A stretch of DNA of 25,339 nucleotides from positions 1 through 25,339 of the forward strand of contig JBHHYI010000049.1 of assembly GCA_046757525.1 (NCBI GenBank). Reading direction: 5' to 3'. Position numbers and translations under genes: made by a program. This document shows, piece by piece, positions 7,986 to 16,718 of the stretch. Under the pieces are notes generated by a model that did no database searches, was not told where the DNA came from, and saw nothing but the letters and a program-made list of their open reading frames with translations. Origin of the DNA: a bacterium (GTDB lineage: Bacteria > Zhuqueibacterota > Zhuqueibacteria > Oceanimicrobiales > Oceanimicrobiaceae). Every line of letters begins with the position of its first letter. The first letter of the stretch is position 1.

Positions 7986-9224
7986 TTATTCGTATCGAAT
8001 GGCCTCCACCGGGTCCAATTGGGCTGCCTTTCGAGCAGGGTAAACGGTTGCTATTAAACAAAGCGAAACTGCGGCCACAGCGATCAAGATAAAATCGTCG
8101 GCTTTCATCAAAATAGGTAGCGAGCTTATGATGTAAACGTCCCCGGGCAAGGAAAACCACTTGTACTTTAGCTGCGACCAACAAAGCGCGAACCCTATGC
8201 CGGAACCGAGAAGGGTACCGATCAGGCCGCCGACCAATCCCTTGAACATGAAGATTTTCATGATCCCACCGGAAGTCGCACCCATCGATTTTAATATACC
8301 AATATCTTTTGTCTTTTCCAAGACAATCATGATTAAATTGCTTACAATATTAAAAGCTGCTACCATAATGATTAAACTCAAAATGATGAATGCAGCCCAT
8401 TTTTCGATTTGCATCCAGGAAAACAGATTCTTGTTCATGTCAAACCAGGTGACCGTGGTGTAGGGATAGCCCAGAAGGTCGTCGATCTTGTTCCCGACCT
8501 CCCGGGCATGGTTCAGGTCGTCCAGCTTTATTCCCAACCCACTCACCCGGTTTTTCATCTCAAAAAGACGTTGGGCCTCTTTTATGGAAATATAGGCAAA
8601 AGTATCGTCAAACTCAAACAGTCCTGTTTCAAAGTAGCCTGAAACGCGAAAGGTGCGCAAAGGCGGCATTCGGCTGACCAGCGGACTGATTCCCGTTGGG
8701 CTGAGGATTTGCACTTTGTCTCCCAAACCCACGCCCAGTTTGTCGGCCAGATAGCGTCCCAGAACAATTCCTGGAAATGGCTTCTCTCCATCATTTCCTT
8801 GCATTCCGATGGCAAAGGTTCCGTAGATGACATTTTGCTCGATATCTGAAACCTCTCCGATGGTGTGGGCGTCAACACCTTTGACCACCACACCAGTTTT
8901 GCCGTTTTTTGAAATGATCAAGCCCTTTTCGTCGATGTACGGAGCCACGCCGATGATGTGATCAAAACGCTCGATCTTATGGGCAATGGCCTGGTAATCC
9001 TCTAAGCCCTGATTGTGAAACGTGCGCAAGCGAATGTGCGAACCGAACCCAATTATTCTCGTTCGCACTTCGCTCTCAAAGCCGTTCATAACGGAAAGAA
9101 CGATGATCAAAGCAGCCACACCGATGGTGACGCCGACCATTGAAATGTAGTTGACCAGAGAAATGAAGCCGGTTTTCCGTTTTGACTTCAAATATCGCTT
9201 TGCTATAAAAAGTTCGTATGACAT
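7986..9224 (-). CDS. Lipoprotein-releasing ABC transporter permease (LolC/LolE/LolF type)
   Basis: MSYELFIAKRYL...GVAALIIVLSVMNGF, VAAFNIVS...EKTKDIGILKSMGA and YPARKAAQLDPVEAIRYE. ATG 9224 is preferred (GGTGA RBS); alternative starts are 9239 and 9242. Confidence 0.92.
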   Translation of the reverse strand: MSYELFIAKRYLKSKRKTGFISLVNYISMVGVTIGVAALIIVLSVMNGFESEVRTRIIGFGSHIRLRTFHNQGLEDYQAIAHKIERFDHIIGVAPYIDEKGLIISKNGKTGVVVKGVDAHTIGEVSDIEQNVIYGTFAIGMQGNDGEKPFPGIVLGRYLADKLGVGLGDKVQILSPTGISPLVSRMPPLRTFRVSGYFETGLFEFDDTFAYISIKEAQRLFEMKNRVSGLGIKLDDLNHAREVGNKIDDLLGYPYTTVTWFDMNKNLFSWMQIEKWAAFIILSLIIMVAAFNIVSNLIMIVLEKTKDIGILKSMGATSGGIMKIFMFKGLVGGLIGTLLGSGIGFALCWSQLKYKWFSLPGDVYIISSLPILMKADDFILIAVAAVSLCLIATVYPARKAAQLDPVEAIRYE

Positions 9225-9238
9225 GATTCGGGTCACCA

Positions 9239-10768
9239 TCACAAAGATTCAGGCCGCATGTGCGGAAAAAGTATCACGTCCCTGATCGACGGTTGATTCT
9301 TGAACAACATGACCAGCCGGTCGACGCCAATGCCCAGGCCTGTGGTGGGTGGCATGCCATATTCCAGAGCGCGCAAAAAATCTTCATCAAGAACCTGAGC
9401 TTCTTCATCTCCCAACTCCATCAGTTCCTTCTGAGCCAAAAAACGCTGTCGCTGATCAACGGGATCATTCAACTCGGAGAACGCGTTGCCTATCTCACCG
9501 CCGGCAACGAACGGTTCAAACCGCTCCACCAATTTGGGGTCGTCACGGTGGCGTTTTGCCAGAGGGGAAAGTTCTACCGGGTAATCCATGATAAAGGTGG
9601 GCTGCACCAAGTTGGGTTCTACTTTCTCGCTGAAAATCTCATCGATAATCTTACCCTCTCGCCAGAAGCTCTCGATCTTGACGTCCAGTTCCTGAGCAGC
9701 CTGGCGCAACTCGTCGAGACTCTTGCCGTACAAATCGTGCTTCGTGTACTCGAAAATGGCATCAAATATTTTCACGCGCTTCCACGGTGGGCGCAGATCG
9801 ATTTCCTGGTCCTGGTACCGGATGGTCGTCTGGCCTAACACTTCATCGGCCAGGGTGCTAATCATCTCCTCCACCAGGTTCATCATGAAATGGTAGTCTT
9901 CATAAGCCACGTAGAGCTCCATCATGGTGAATTCGGGATTGTGAAACCGGTCCATGCCCTCGTTTCTGAAATCCTTGGAAATTTCATACACGCCATCGTA
10001 CCCCCCGACGATGAGGCGTTTGAGATAGAGTTCGTCGGCGATACGCAAATACAATTCCATATCCAGGGCATTGTGATGCGTGACGAACGGACGTGCGCTT
10101 GCACCGCCGTAAATAGGTTGCAGAACAGGCGTTTCGACCTCCAAATAGCCCCGGCCGTCGAGGTATTTGCGCATAGTCGAAATGATTCTCGAACGCGCGA
10201 CAAACACCTCCCTAACCTCGGGATTGACGATCAGGTCCACGTAGCGCTGGCGATACCGGAGCTCTTTGTCGCTAAACGGATCGAAAACTACTTTCTTGCC
10301 GTCTTCAATCTTTTCTTTCACAATGGGCAACGGTCGCAACGTCTTGGACAGGAGGACGAGTCGGGCCACCTTAACGGTGATTTCATTGGTCCGGGTAACG
10401 AACACCTCACCAGTAACCCCCACGAGATCCCCGATGTCCAGCAGTTTGAATATTTCGTAATCCTGTTCGCCGATCTCATCCAGCCGCACATAGATTTGCA
10501 TCTTATCGGAGGAATCCATCAGGTGGGCGAAAGCGGTCTTGCCGTGGCCACGAATGGACATGAGGCGGCCCGCCAAAGAAACGGTGTGCCCCAAATATTT
10601 ATTCGGCTGCTGCTTGATATCCTTTGACAGATTGGTGCGCTCGAACTTGTACGGATAAGGATTTACGCCAAGCTCGCTGAGTCGAGCTAATTTCTGCCGG
10701 CGGGCGCGCCTCACTGCATTGAGGTCTTCCAGGTTCACATCGTCACTTTTGTTCAACTCTTCTTGCAT
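9239..10768 (-). CDS. lysS: Lysine--tRNA ligase (class II)
   Basis: OB-fold N-terminus, RYRQRYVDL, GGASARPF, LRIADELYLKRL, FRNEGMD..HNPEFT and YGMPPTTGLGIGVDRL. Confidence 0.98.
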   Translation of the reverse strand: MQEELNKSDDVNLEDLNAVRRARRQKLARLSELGVNPYPYKFERTNLSKDIKQQPNKYLGHTVSLAGRLMSIRGHGKTAFAHLMDSSDKMQIYVRLDEIGEQDYEIFKLLDIGDLVGVTGEVFVTRTNEITVKVARLVLLSKTLRPLPIVKEKIEDGKKVVFDPFSDKELRYRQRYVDLIVNPEVREVFVARSRIISTMRKYLDGRGYLEVETPVLQPIYGGASARPFVTHHNALDMELYLRIADELYLKRLIVGGYDGVYEISKDFRNEGMDRFHNPEFTMMELYVAYEDYHFMMNLVEEMISTLADEVLGQTTIRYQDQEIDLRPPWKRVKIFDAIFEYTKHDLYGKSLDELRQAAQELDVKIESFWREGKIIDEIFSEKVEPNLVQPTFIMDYPVELSPLAKRHRDDPKLVERFEPFVAGGEIGNAFSELNDPVDQRQRFLAQKELMELGDEEAQVLDEDFLRALEYGMPPTTGLGIGVDRLVMLFKNQPSIRDVILFPHMRPESL

Positions 10769-10776
10769 GTCATCTT

Positions 10777-11913
10777 CTAATGTTTAAAACGCCGCTCCAA
10801 TCTTTGGGATATTCCACAGGTGATTTCGTAAGGAATTGTGTTCAACTTGGCACAGAGTTCATAGATGCTGATCTCTTCATGTCCCTGGCGTCCCAGCAAG
10901 ACCACCTCATCGCCAACCTCGACCGTACTGTTGTTACCGACTTCCACCATGATTTGGTCCATGCAGACGCGTCCCACCACCGGAAATCTTCTGCCGCGAA
11001 TCAACACCTGGCCGCTGTTCGACAACAGCCGGTTGTAGCCGTCGCCGTAGCCAATGGGGACGGTGGCGATCGTCGTATTTTGGTCCGCTTTAAAAGTCAG
11101 GCCGTAGCTGATTGGCGCGCCCGCTGGCACCTGCTTAAGAAAGATCACCCTCGACTTAATCGCCATGGCCGGTTTGAGCGCCACGCTTTTTGAAGTTCCT
11201 GGCGACGGATAGTAGCCGTACAGCATGACCCCGGGCCGTACCATGTCGTAATACGAATTCGGCAAGTCCAGGACGGCACCGCTGTTGGCCAGATGGCGCA
11301 GGGGAATGTGGATGTCGTTGGCCTCCAATTGCCCCAACACCGCCTGGAATCGCCTCAATTGCGTCTCAGCGAAGGTCTTGTCTCCACTGTCCGAAGAGGC
11401 AAAATGCGTGTAAATGCCAGCCATTTCGATTGACTTCAACTCCGAAACCGTTTGTACAAACTCGGCGGCCTTGTCCCAGGCAACCCCAACCCGTCCCATG
11501 CCCGTATCCACTTTGATGTGAACTCGGGCTGGTCGGCTCAAATCAGCCGCCCTGTTTGCAAGCGCCACGGCCCGGTCATAATCATACAGCGTTAACTCCA
11601 GATTGAATCGCAAGAAGTCTTCAATCTGATGGTCAAAAAAACCGCCAAAAACCAAAATGGGGCAATGGAATTGGCGTTCGCGCAGAAGGATTCCTTCTTG
11701 TAGCAAGGCCACGCCTAAATAGTCTGCCCCATTCTGCAAGGCAAGGCTTGCGACCTCCTGAACCCCGTGTCCGTAAGCGTTGGCTTTGACCACGGCCATG
11801 AGCTTTGCCGGCGCGATGTGTTTTCTGGTCTCTCTGATGTTGTGGGCAATGGCGGCCAAGTCTATTTCCACCCAGGCAGGGCGCGTGTTCGCATTCTCCA
11901 ATAAGCTATCCAC
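10777..11913 (-). CDS. alr: Alanine racemase
   Basis: PLP-lysine motif AVVKANAYGHG, HIKVDTGMGRVG, VRPGVMLYG, PIGYGDGY, GRVCMDQ and TIPYE. Confidence 0.97.
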   Translation of the reverse strand: MDSLLENANTRPAWVEIDLAAIAHNIRETRKHIAPAKLMAVVKANAYGHGVQEVASLALQNGADYLGVALLQEGILLRERQFHCPILVFGGFFDHQIEDFLRFNLELTLYDYDRAVALANRAADLSRPARVHIKVDTGMGRVGVAWDKAAEFVQTVSELKSIEMAGIYTHFASSDSGDKTFAETQLRRFQAVLGQLEANDIHIPLRHLANSGAVLDLPNSYYDMVRPGVMLYGYYPSPGTSKSVALKPAMAIKSRVIFLKQVPAGAPISYGLTFKADQNTTIATVPIGYGDGYNRLLSNSGQVLIRGRRFPVVGRVCMDQIMVEVGNNSTVEVGDEVVLLGRQGHEEISIYELCAKLNTIPYEITCGISQRLERRFKH

Positions 11914-11919
11914 TGCTTT

Positions 11920-13057
11920 CTACGGGGCTGTCAATTCAGTGGCACGTTTGTTTTCTGCCTGAGGCTCTTTGGCCATCAAGAAAGCCTGGATGAATTCATC
12001 CAACTGGCCGTCCATGACGCCCTGAACGTTGCTGGTTTCAACGCCAGTGCGGTGGTCTTTAACCATGGTGTAGGGATGAAAAACATAAGAGCGGATTTGG
12101 CTGCCCCAGGCAATGTCTTTTTTGCCCTTGGAAATCTCGGTTCGCTTTTCTTCTTCCTCTTCCTGCTTTCTCTGGTACAATCGCGACATCAGGATCTTCA
12201 TGGCGCTTTCTTTGTTCCTGTGCTGCGACCGTTCGCTCTGGCATTGCACGACAATGCCTGTGGGCAGGTGGGTAATGCGCACCGCAGAACTGGTTTTGTT
12301 CACATGTTGCCCTCCGGCACCGCTGGCCCGGTAGGTATCTATGCGCAAATCATTGCTGTCGATGGTAATTTCAATATCGTTTTCGACTTCCGGATAGACA
12401 AACACGGAGGCAAAAGAAGTGTGTCGGCGGCGGTTAGCATCGAATGGCGAAATTCTTACCAACCGGTGCACGCCCGCTTCTGCTTTCAAATAGCCGTAGG
12501 CATAGGGTCCTTGCACTTCTAAGGTTGCACTCTTAATGCCGGCTTCGTCTCCCGCTTGCAAATCCAAAACTTCGCAGGCATATCCTTTCCGCTCAATCCA
12601 ACGCGTGTACATGCGCAGCAACATCTGTGCCCAGTCCTGAGACTCCGTACCGCCGGCGCCAGGATGAATGGTCAACAACGCATTCTTCTTGTCATCTTTA
12701 CCCCCCAACATATTCTGAAATTCGGCCTCTCCAATGCTTTGCTCTAACTGCCGCAGCTCGGATTCCACTTCCGCGGCAGTTTCTGCATCTTCCTCTTCAC
12801 GGGCCAGCTCCAATAAAAGGTCTAATTCCTCTTGCTTTGCATGAAGCTTGCCGTACAGCTCAACCGTCTCTTTGAGACCGCTCATCTGCCGCATCACTTG
12901 CTGCGCCTGCTCCTGGTCGTCCCAAAATCCGGGCTCGGCAGTTTTCTTCTCTAAATCCTCAACGAGTTTTTCTTTGTGTGCGACGTCAAAGACACTCCTT
13001 TAAATTCAAAAGTCTTTGATTTAATTCACTTAGCTTATCTTCCAGGTCTTCAAACAT
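11920..13057 (-). CDS. prfB: Peptide chain release factor 2, translated via programmed +1 frameshift (about 378 aa)
   Basis: ATG 13057 (RBS GGGAG) encodes 23 codons MFEDLEDKLSELNQRLLNLKECL, then CTT TGA C. The +1 frame continues DVAHKEKLVEDLEKKTAEPGFWDD into the ORF bearing SPF and GGQ motifs. Confidence 0.97.
12985..13000 (-). promoter_or_regulatory. RF2 autoregulatory +1 frameshift cassette
   Basis: AAGGAG-TGT-CTT-TGA-C: internal Shine-Dalgarno 3 nt before the CTT TGA C shift site. Confidence 0.96.
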
Positions 13058-13115
13058 TTGTCGACGCTCCCAATTCTTTTTAACCGCAGGGTTATGATCT
13101 CAAATTTAGAGACAA

Positions 13116-13144
13116 AATATACGACAAAAATAGATTATTGTCAA
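13116..13144 (-). promoter_or_regulatory. sigma70 promoter of the prfB...clpC operon
   Basis: TTGACA (13144-13139), 17-nt spacer, TATATT (13121-13116), about 60 nt upstream of the prfB ATG. Confidence 0.8.
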
Positions 13145-13209
13145 GCCTTAAGAGGGGAGCGCCAGCCGCCAGAACACTCCAAAGTCCACGCAACCAAAAG
13201 GGCCGCCGC

Positions 13210-14886
13210 TCACTGCCACAGCTTGCGGATTTCATCCGTTAGCCCCAAATACTCCCAGCGCTGCAAGGCGATGGGCACATTGCCGTTTTCCATCATGTAG
13301 TCGTGATAGTCTCTCAAGCTGAATTTGTTTCCTAACCGGATTTTCGCATCCGCGATGAGCTGGAGGATTTGCAATTTGCCAATCTGGTAGGAAATAGCCT
13401 GCCCTGGTGTGGCGGCAAAAAATCCCGCTTCCTGCACAGCAGTCTGCGCATCCATGGGCACGGTGGCGGCCAGATATTTTCCGGCGTCCTCGATGGTGTA
13501 CTTTCCAATAGCCAGATTTACATCGACGTCCACGCGCAGCGCCCTTAGCCGCATGAAGCGGTAGATGATTTCCCGCGTGTGTGGCCGGTCGTCGAACAGC
13601 CCGAACTGAAGCATGAGCTCCTCCACGTAGAAGCCGATACCCTCGTTGGCGCCGGAATCGAAATAGTGGCGTCTAATAGGGTCGGGATTAGCCCAGGAAC
13701 GAGCCAACTGGAAATAATGCCCGGGCACCCCTTCGTGCACGATGATGGGTCGGGGATCCTGAGCCGATGCCAGCCTGAAGAAGGGCAGGTCTCTCGACGG
13801 CTCCGGAATGTAGCTCACCGCATCTTCGTCCAGTCGCGTCTCTGAGGTCAAATCGTCCGCCACACCCATAAACGCCAACGGCGCAACCGTGGCCGGGGTC
13901 TTTGCGTTGCGGTAATGGTGCAGCCAATCGGGCACGCTCATAATGCCCTTTTCCACGAGAAACTCTCGAATCGCTGCTTCATCTTTCTGAGATTGCTCAA
14001 CTTGAGCCTCTGCGCTGGCAAAGAGCGCGGCGGCTGGAATCTTAGAGTTGCGCAAGCGTTCATAAACGTCGAAAGCGACCGAACGTGCCCATGCCAATCG
14101 CCCCATCCGCAGCAGCTCTTTCGGACTCAACGGCATCAAGGCGACGTTTTTCAGAAAATAGGTGTATCCTTCACGACCAACATTGAACCTGGCCCGCATG
14201 TCCGGCCTTTGGGATTCCAACCAATCTTTGTAACGTGCCAAAGCCTCAGCGCCTCTTTTGACCGCCAGATCTAATTTAGAGTGGTAGGACTTCTGCATCA
14301 CCTTCTTCAGGGCCGCGGCGGTCTGACTGAGCCTGTCTCCGCTGTGGTCCAGCTCAGCCAGGGCGATCCGAGCAAACGCGGCAACCGGCTCACTCAAGTT
14401 GCGTTGGGCGTGTTCAATGGTTGCTGGGAACGAATTCAGCCGCAGAATAATATTGCGGGCCCGGGCATCGGTCATGGGCGACTGAATGAGCAGCAGTTCG
14501 TACAACGCCCCAAGGGTTTGTTGCACGTAGAACGCCGGATTGCGTTGTGGCAGCCGCAGCACATTCAATTCCCAGTTCACCCGCTCAATGGCCGACCGCA
14601 GGAGAAGATAGTCGACGCTGTCCGCGCGCGTCCACCCGTCCCTGGGAATCGCGCTCAATTGGTCGCCAAATTCGACGTATTTTCCCCTGTACGCTTTTAA
14701 TGCCTCGGGCGAGTAGTTGGGGACCCAGCCATCGGGACGTTCCACCCGGGGAATGTCGTCGCCCGTCGCCGGCTGTGTGACCGCGCGCCAGGCAAAAAAT
14801 TCGCTGGCGAGCTTTTGCAGCGGCGGGTTGTTCTGGGTAAAGCCATTACCAGCAAACAGAATAAAACAACAAATGAGTCCTCTCAT
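13210..14886 (-). CDS. DUF885 family exported protein (putative zinc metallopeptidase-like)
   Basis: Signal peptide, HEGVPGHYFQ, NEGIGFYVEE, RLRALRVDVD, PGQAISYQIGKLQI and FSLRDYHD. ATG 14886 has an AGGA RBS. Confidence 0.88.
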   Translation of the reverse strand: MRGLICCFILFAGNGFTQNNPPLQKLASEFFAWRAVTQPATGDDIPRVERPDGWVPNYSPEALKAYRGKYVEFGDQLSAIPRDGWTRADSVDYLLLRSAIERVNWELNVLRLPQRNPAFYVQQTLGALYELLLIQSPMTDARARNIILRLNSFPATIEHAQRNLSEPVAAFARIALAELDHSGDRLSQTAAALKKVMQKSYHSKLDLAVKRGAEALARYKDWLESQRPDMRARFNVGREGYTYFLKNVALMPLSPKELLRMGRLAWARSVAFDVYERLRNSKIPAAALFASAEAQVEQSQKDEAAIREFLVEKGIMSVPDWLHHYRNAKTPATVAPLAFMGVADDLTSETRLDEDAVSYIPEPSRDLPFFRLASAQDPRPIIVHEGVPGHYFQLARSWANPDPIRRHYFDSGANEGIGFYVEELMLQFGLFDDRPHTREIIYRFMRLRALRVDVDVNLAIGKYTIEDAGKYLAATVPMDAQTAVQEAGFFAATPGQAISYQIGKLQILQLIADAKIRLGNKFSLRDYHDYMMENGNVPIALQRWEYLGLTDEIRKLWQ

Positions 14887-15055
14887 GGTCAATTCCTGGT
14901 TAAGTTACTGCGGCCCTGCCTCAGTGGACGATATGGTCGAAAAAATAGTAAACTGGAAGTCGCTTTATGCCGGGATTCCGTTCGGCGCAAAGTAAATCGG
15001 CTTGTTGCACAATCTCCGCAAGCAACGGCAGGGTTGACTAGTTCAGTTTTCTGCA

Positions 15056-15083
15056 AATTTAGGCTAAACCGGCAAAAAGTCAA
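15056..15083 (-). promoter_or_regulatory. Putative sigma70 promoter for the DUF885 gene
   Basis: TTGACT (15083-15078), 16-nt spacer, TAAATT (15061-15056). Confidence 0.45.
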
Positions 15084-15136
15084 GAACTATCTCATGCTTA
15101 AGAAGCGGTGCCCTCATGTTAACAAAATTTTAAATC

Positions 15137-15165
15137 TTGACTTTTACCTTGTTTGGATTTAAATT
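15137..15165 (+). promoter_or_regulatory. Putative sigma70 promoter for uORF-fabF
   Basis: TTGACT (15137-15142), 17-nt spacer, TAAATT (15160-15165). Confidence 0.6.
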
Positions 15166-15190
15166 TAGCACTACAAAATTTTGGAGGACT

Positions 15191-15298
15191 ATGAACAACA
15201 AAGCTCGAGATTTCCACGTATATCGTTCAGCCAAACCAATCAATTGCTACAAACTAACTTCCAAAGCAATTAGGAGAGGGGAAGTAAATTATGGGTGA
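15191..15298 (+). CDS. 35-aa upstream ORF overlapping the fabF start
   Basis: GGAGG at 15183-15187 precedes ATG 15191. Peptide MNNKARDFHVYRSAKPINCYKLTSKAIRRGEVNYG; TGA 15296-15298 lies inside ATGGGTGA of fabF. Confidence 0.45.
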   Translation: MNNKARDFHVYRSAKPINCYKLTSKAIRRGEVNYG

Positions 15299-16535
15299 CG
15301 TAAAACGACGGGTTGTGGTAACCGGAATGGGCATGGTAACACCGCTTGGATTAAGTGTTGAGGAGAACTGGCGTGCTTTATTGGCTGGAAAATCTGGAAT
15401 CGGCCCTCTGACCAAGTTCGACATTCCCGAATTTCCGGTCAAAATTGCTGGTGAAGTCAAGAATTTTGCGCCGGAAAATTATATCGACAAAAAAGAAATC
15501 AAGAAAATGGACCCGTTCATCCAATTCGCCATGGCCGCCACCGAAGAAGCGGTGAAACATTCCAGGCTGATTATCGACGACAGCAATTCTGAGAGAATCG
15601 GGGTCATCGTTGGTTCCGGTCAGGGCGGCATTAGCGTAATCGAACAAAACACCTTGAAAGCCTACGGGGGTCAAATCAACCGCATCTCCCCTTTCTTCAT
15701 TCCCTCGGCCATCATCAACCTGGCTTCGGGGCAGATTGCCATTAAATACAAAACACGCGGACCCAGCTACGGCGTCGTTTCGGCTTGCTCAACCGGCGTC
15801 CATGCCATAGCCGACGGCTATTTTACCATTTTGCGCGGCGACGCCGAGGCCATGATCGTGGGAGGCAGCGAGGCCACCCTGGTACCGGTTGCCATGGGCG
15901 GATTTAACAACGCCAGAGCCCTTTCTTTGAGAAATGACGAACCCGAAAGAGCCAGCCGCCCGTTCGACCTGCATCGAGATGGCTTTGTCTCCAGTGAAGG
16001 CGCGGGCGTGCTTATCTTAGAAGACCTCGCTTTTGCCAGGAAACGCAACGCCGTCATTTACGGCGAGATCATTGGCATCGGCATGAGCACCGATGCCTTT
16101 CACATCACGGCCCCGGATCCAGAAGGTCGGGGGCCAAAAACTTGTATGCGCAATGCCTTGCGGAATGCAGACATTCAGCCTGAGCAAGTGGACTACATCA
16201 ATGCCCACGGCACTTCAACACCCTTGAACGATGTGACCGAAACCAATGCTGTCAAGGAGATTTTCGGCGACTACGCCTACGCCGTGCCTATGAGCTCGAC
16301 AAAATCCATGACCGGCCATCTCTTGGGGGCAGCCGGCGCCATTGAAGCGATCTACTGCCTCAAGGCCATGGAAAACCAGATTATTCCCCCGACCATTAAC
16401 TACGAAACCCCGGACCCGGAATGCGATCTCGACTACGTCCCTAACGAGCCGCGCAGAGCCAAATTGGATATCTGCCTGTCGAATTCATTTGGCTTCGGGG
16501 GCACCAACGCCAGCCTGGTTCTGAAACGGTATTAA
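15291..16535 (+). CDS. fabF: Beta-ketoacyl-ACP synthase II
   Basis: RRVVVTGMG, catalytic Cys in SACSTG, NAHGTST, KSMTGHLLGAAG and SNSFGFGGTNA. RBS GGAGAGG. Confidence 0.96.
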   Translation: MGDVKRRVVVTGMGMVTPLGLSVEENWRALLAGKSGIGPLTKFDIPEFPVKIAGEVKNFAPENYIDKKEIKKMDPFIQFAMAATEEAVKHSRLIIDDSNSERIGVIVGSGQGGISVIEQNTLKAYGGQINRISPFFIPSAIINLASGQIAIKYKTRGPSYGVVSACSTGVHAIADGYFTILRGDAEAMIVGGSEATLVPVAMGGFNNARALSLRNDEPERASRPFDLHRDGFVSSEGAGVLILEDLAFARKRNAVIYGEIIGIGMSTDAFHITAPDPEGRGPKTCMRNALRNADIQPEQVDYINAHGTSTPLNDVTETNAVKEIFGDYAYAVPMSSTKSMTGHLLGAAGAIEAIYCLKAMENQIIPPTINYETPDPECDLDYVPNEPRRAKLDICLSNSFGFGGTNASLVLKRY

Positions 16536-16555
16536 GTCGCGTTTAGACAGGGCCT

Positions 16556-16634
16556 GAACCTTATTGGTCCTAAGTACCTGCGGAGCCAAATTCTGTCCTT
16601 TTTTGAACTAAACTTTCGAAGTTCAATAAGGTTC
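16556..16634. repeat. 79-bp segment bounded by an 11-bp perfect inverted repeat (MITE-like or structured 3' element)
   Basis: GAACCTTATTG 16556-16566 / CAATAAGGTTC 16624-16634. Confidence 0.5.
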
Positions 16635-16718
16635 TACTTGCGGTCAAACAGGGTCAGGTCAAAGGCAAACCGCTGAGGTCACAAACTCACATTTAATCAC
16701 CAAAGCTAAGAGGCTCTC

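Noticed and set aside
16642..16686. CtsR-box-like GGTCAAA-CAG-GGTCAGG and riboswitch-like AAAGGCAAACC
   Set aside because: The second heptad has two mismatches, it is not upstream of a clp/chaperone gene, no ctsR is visible, and the riboswitch stems are absent.
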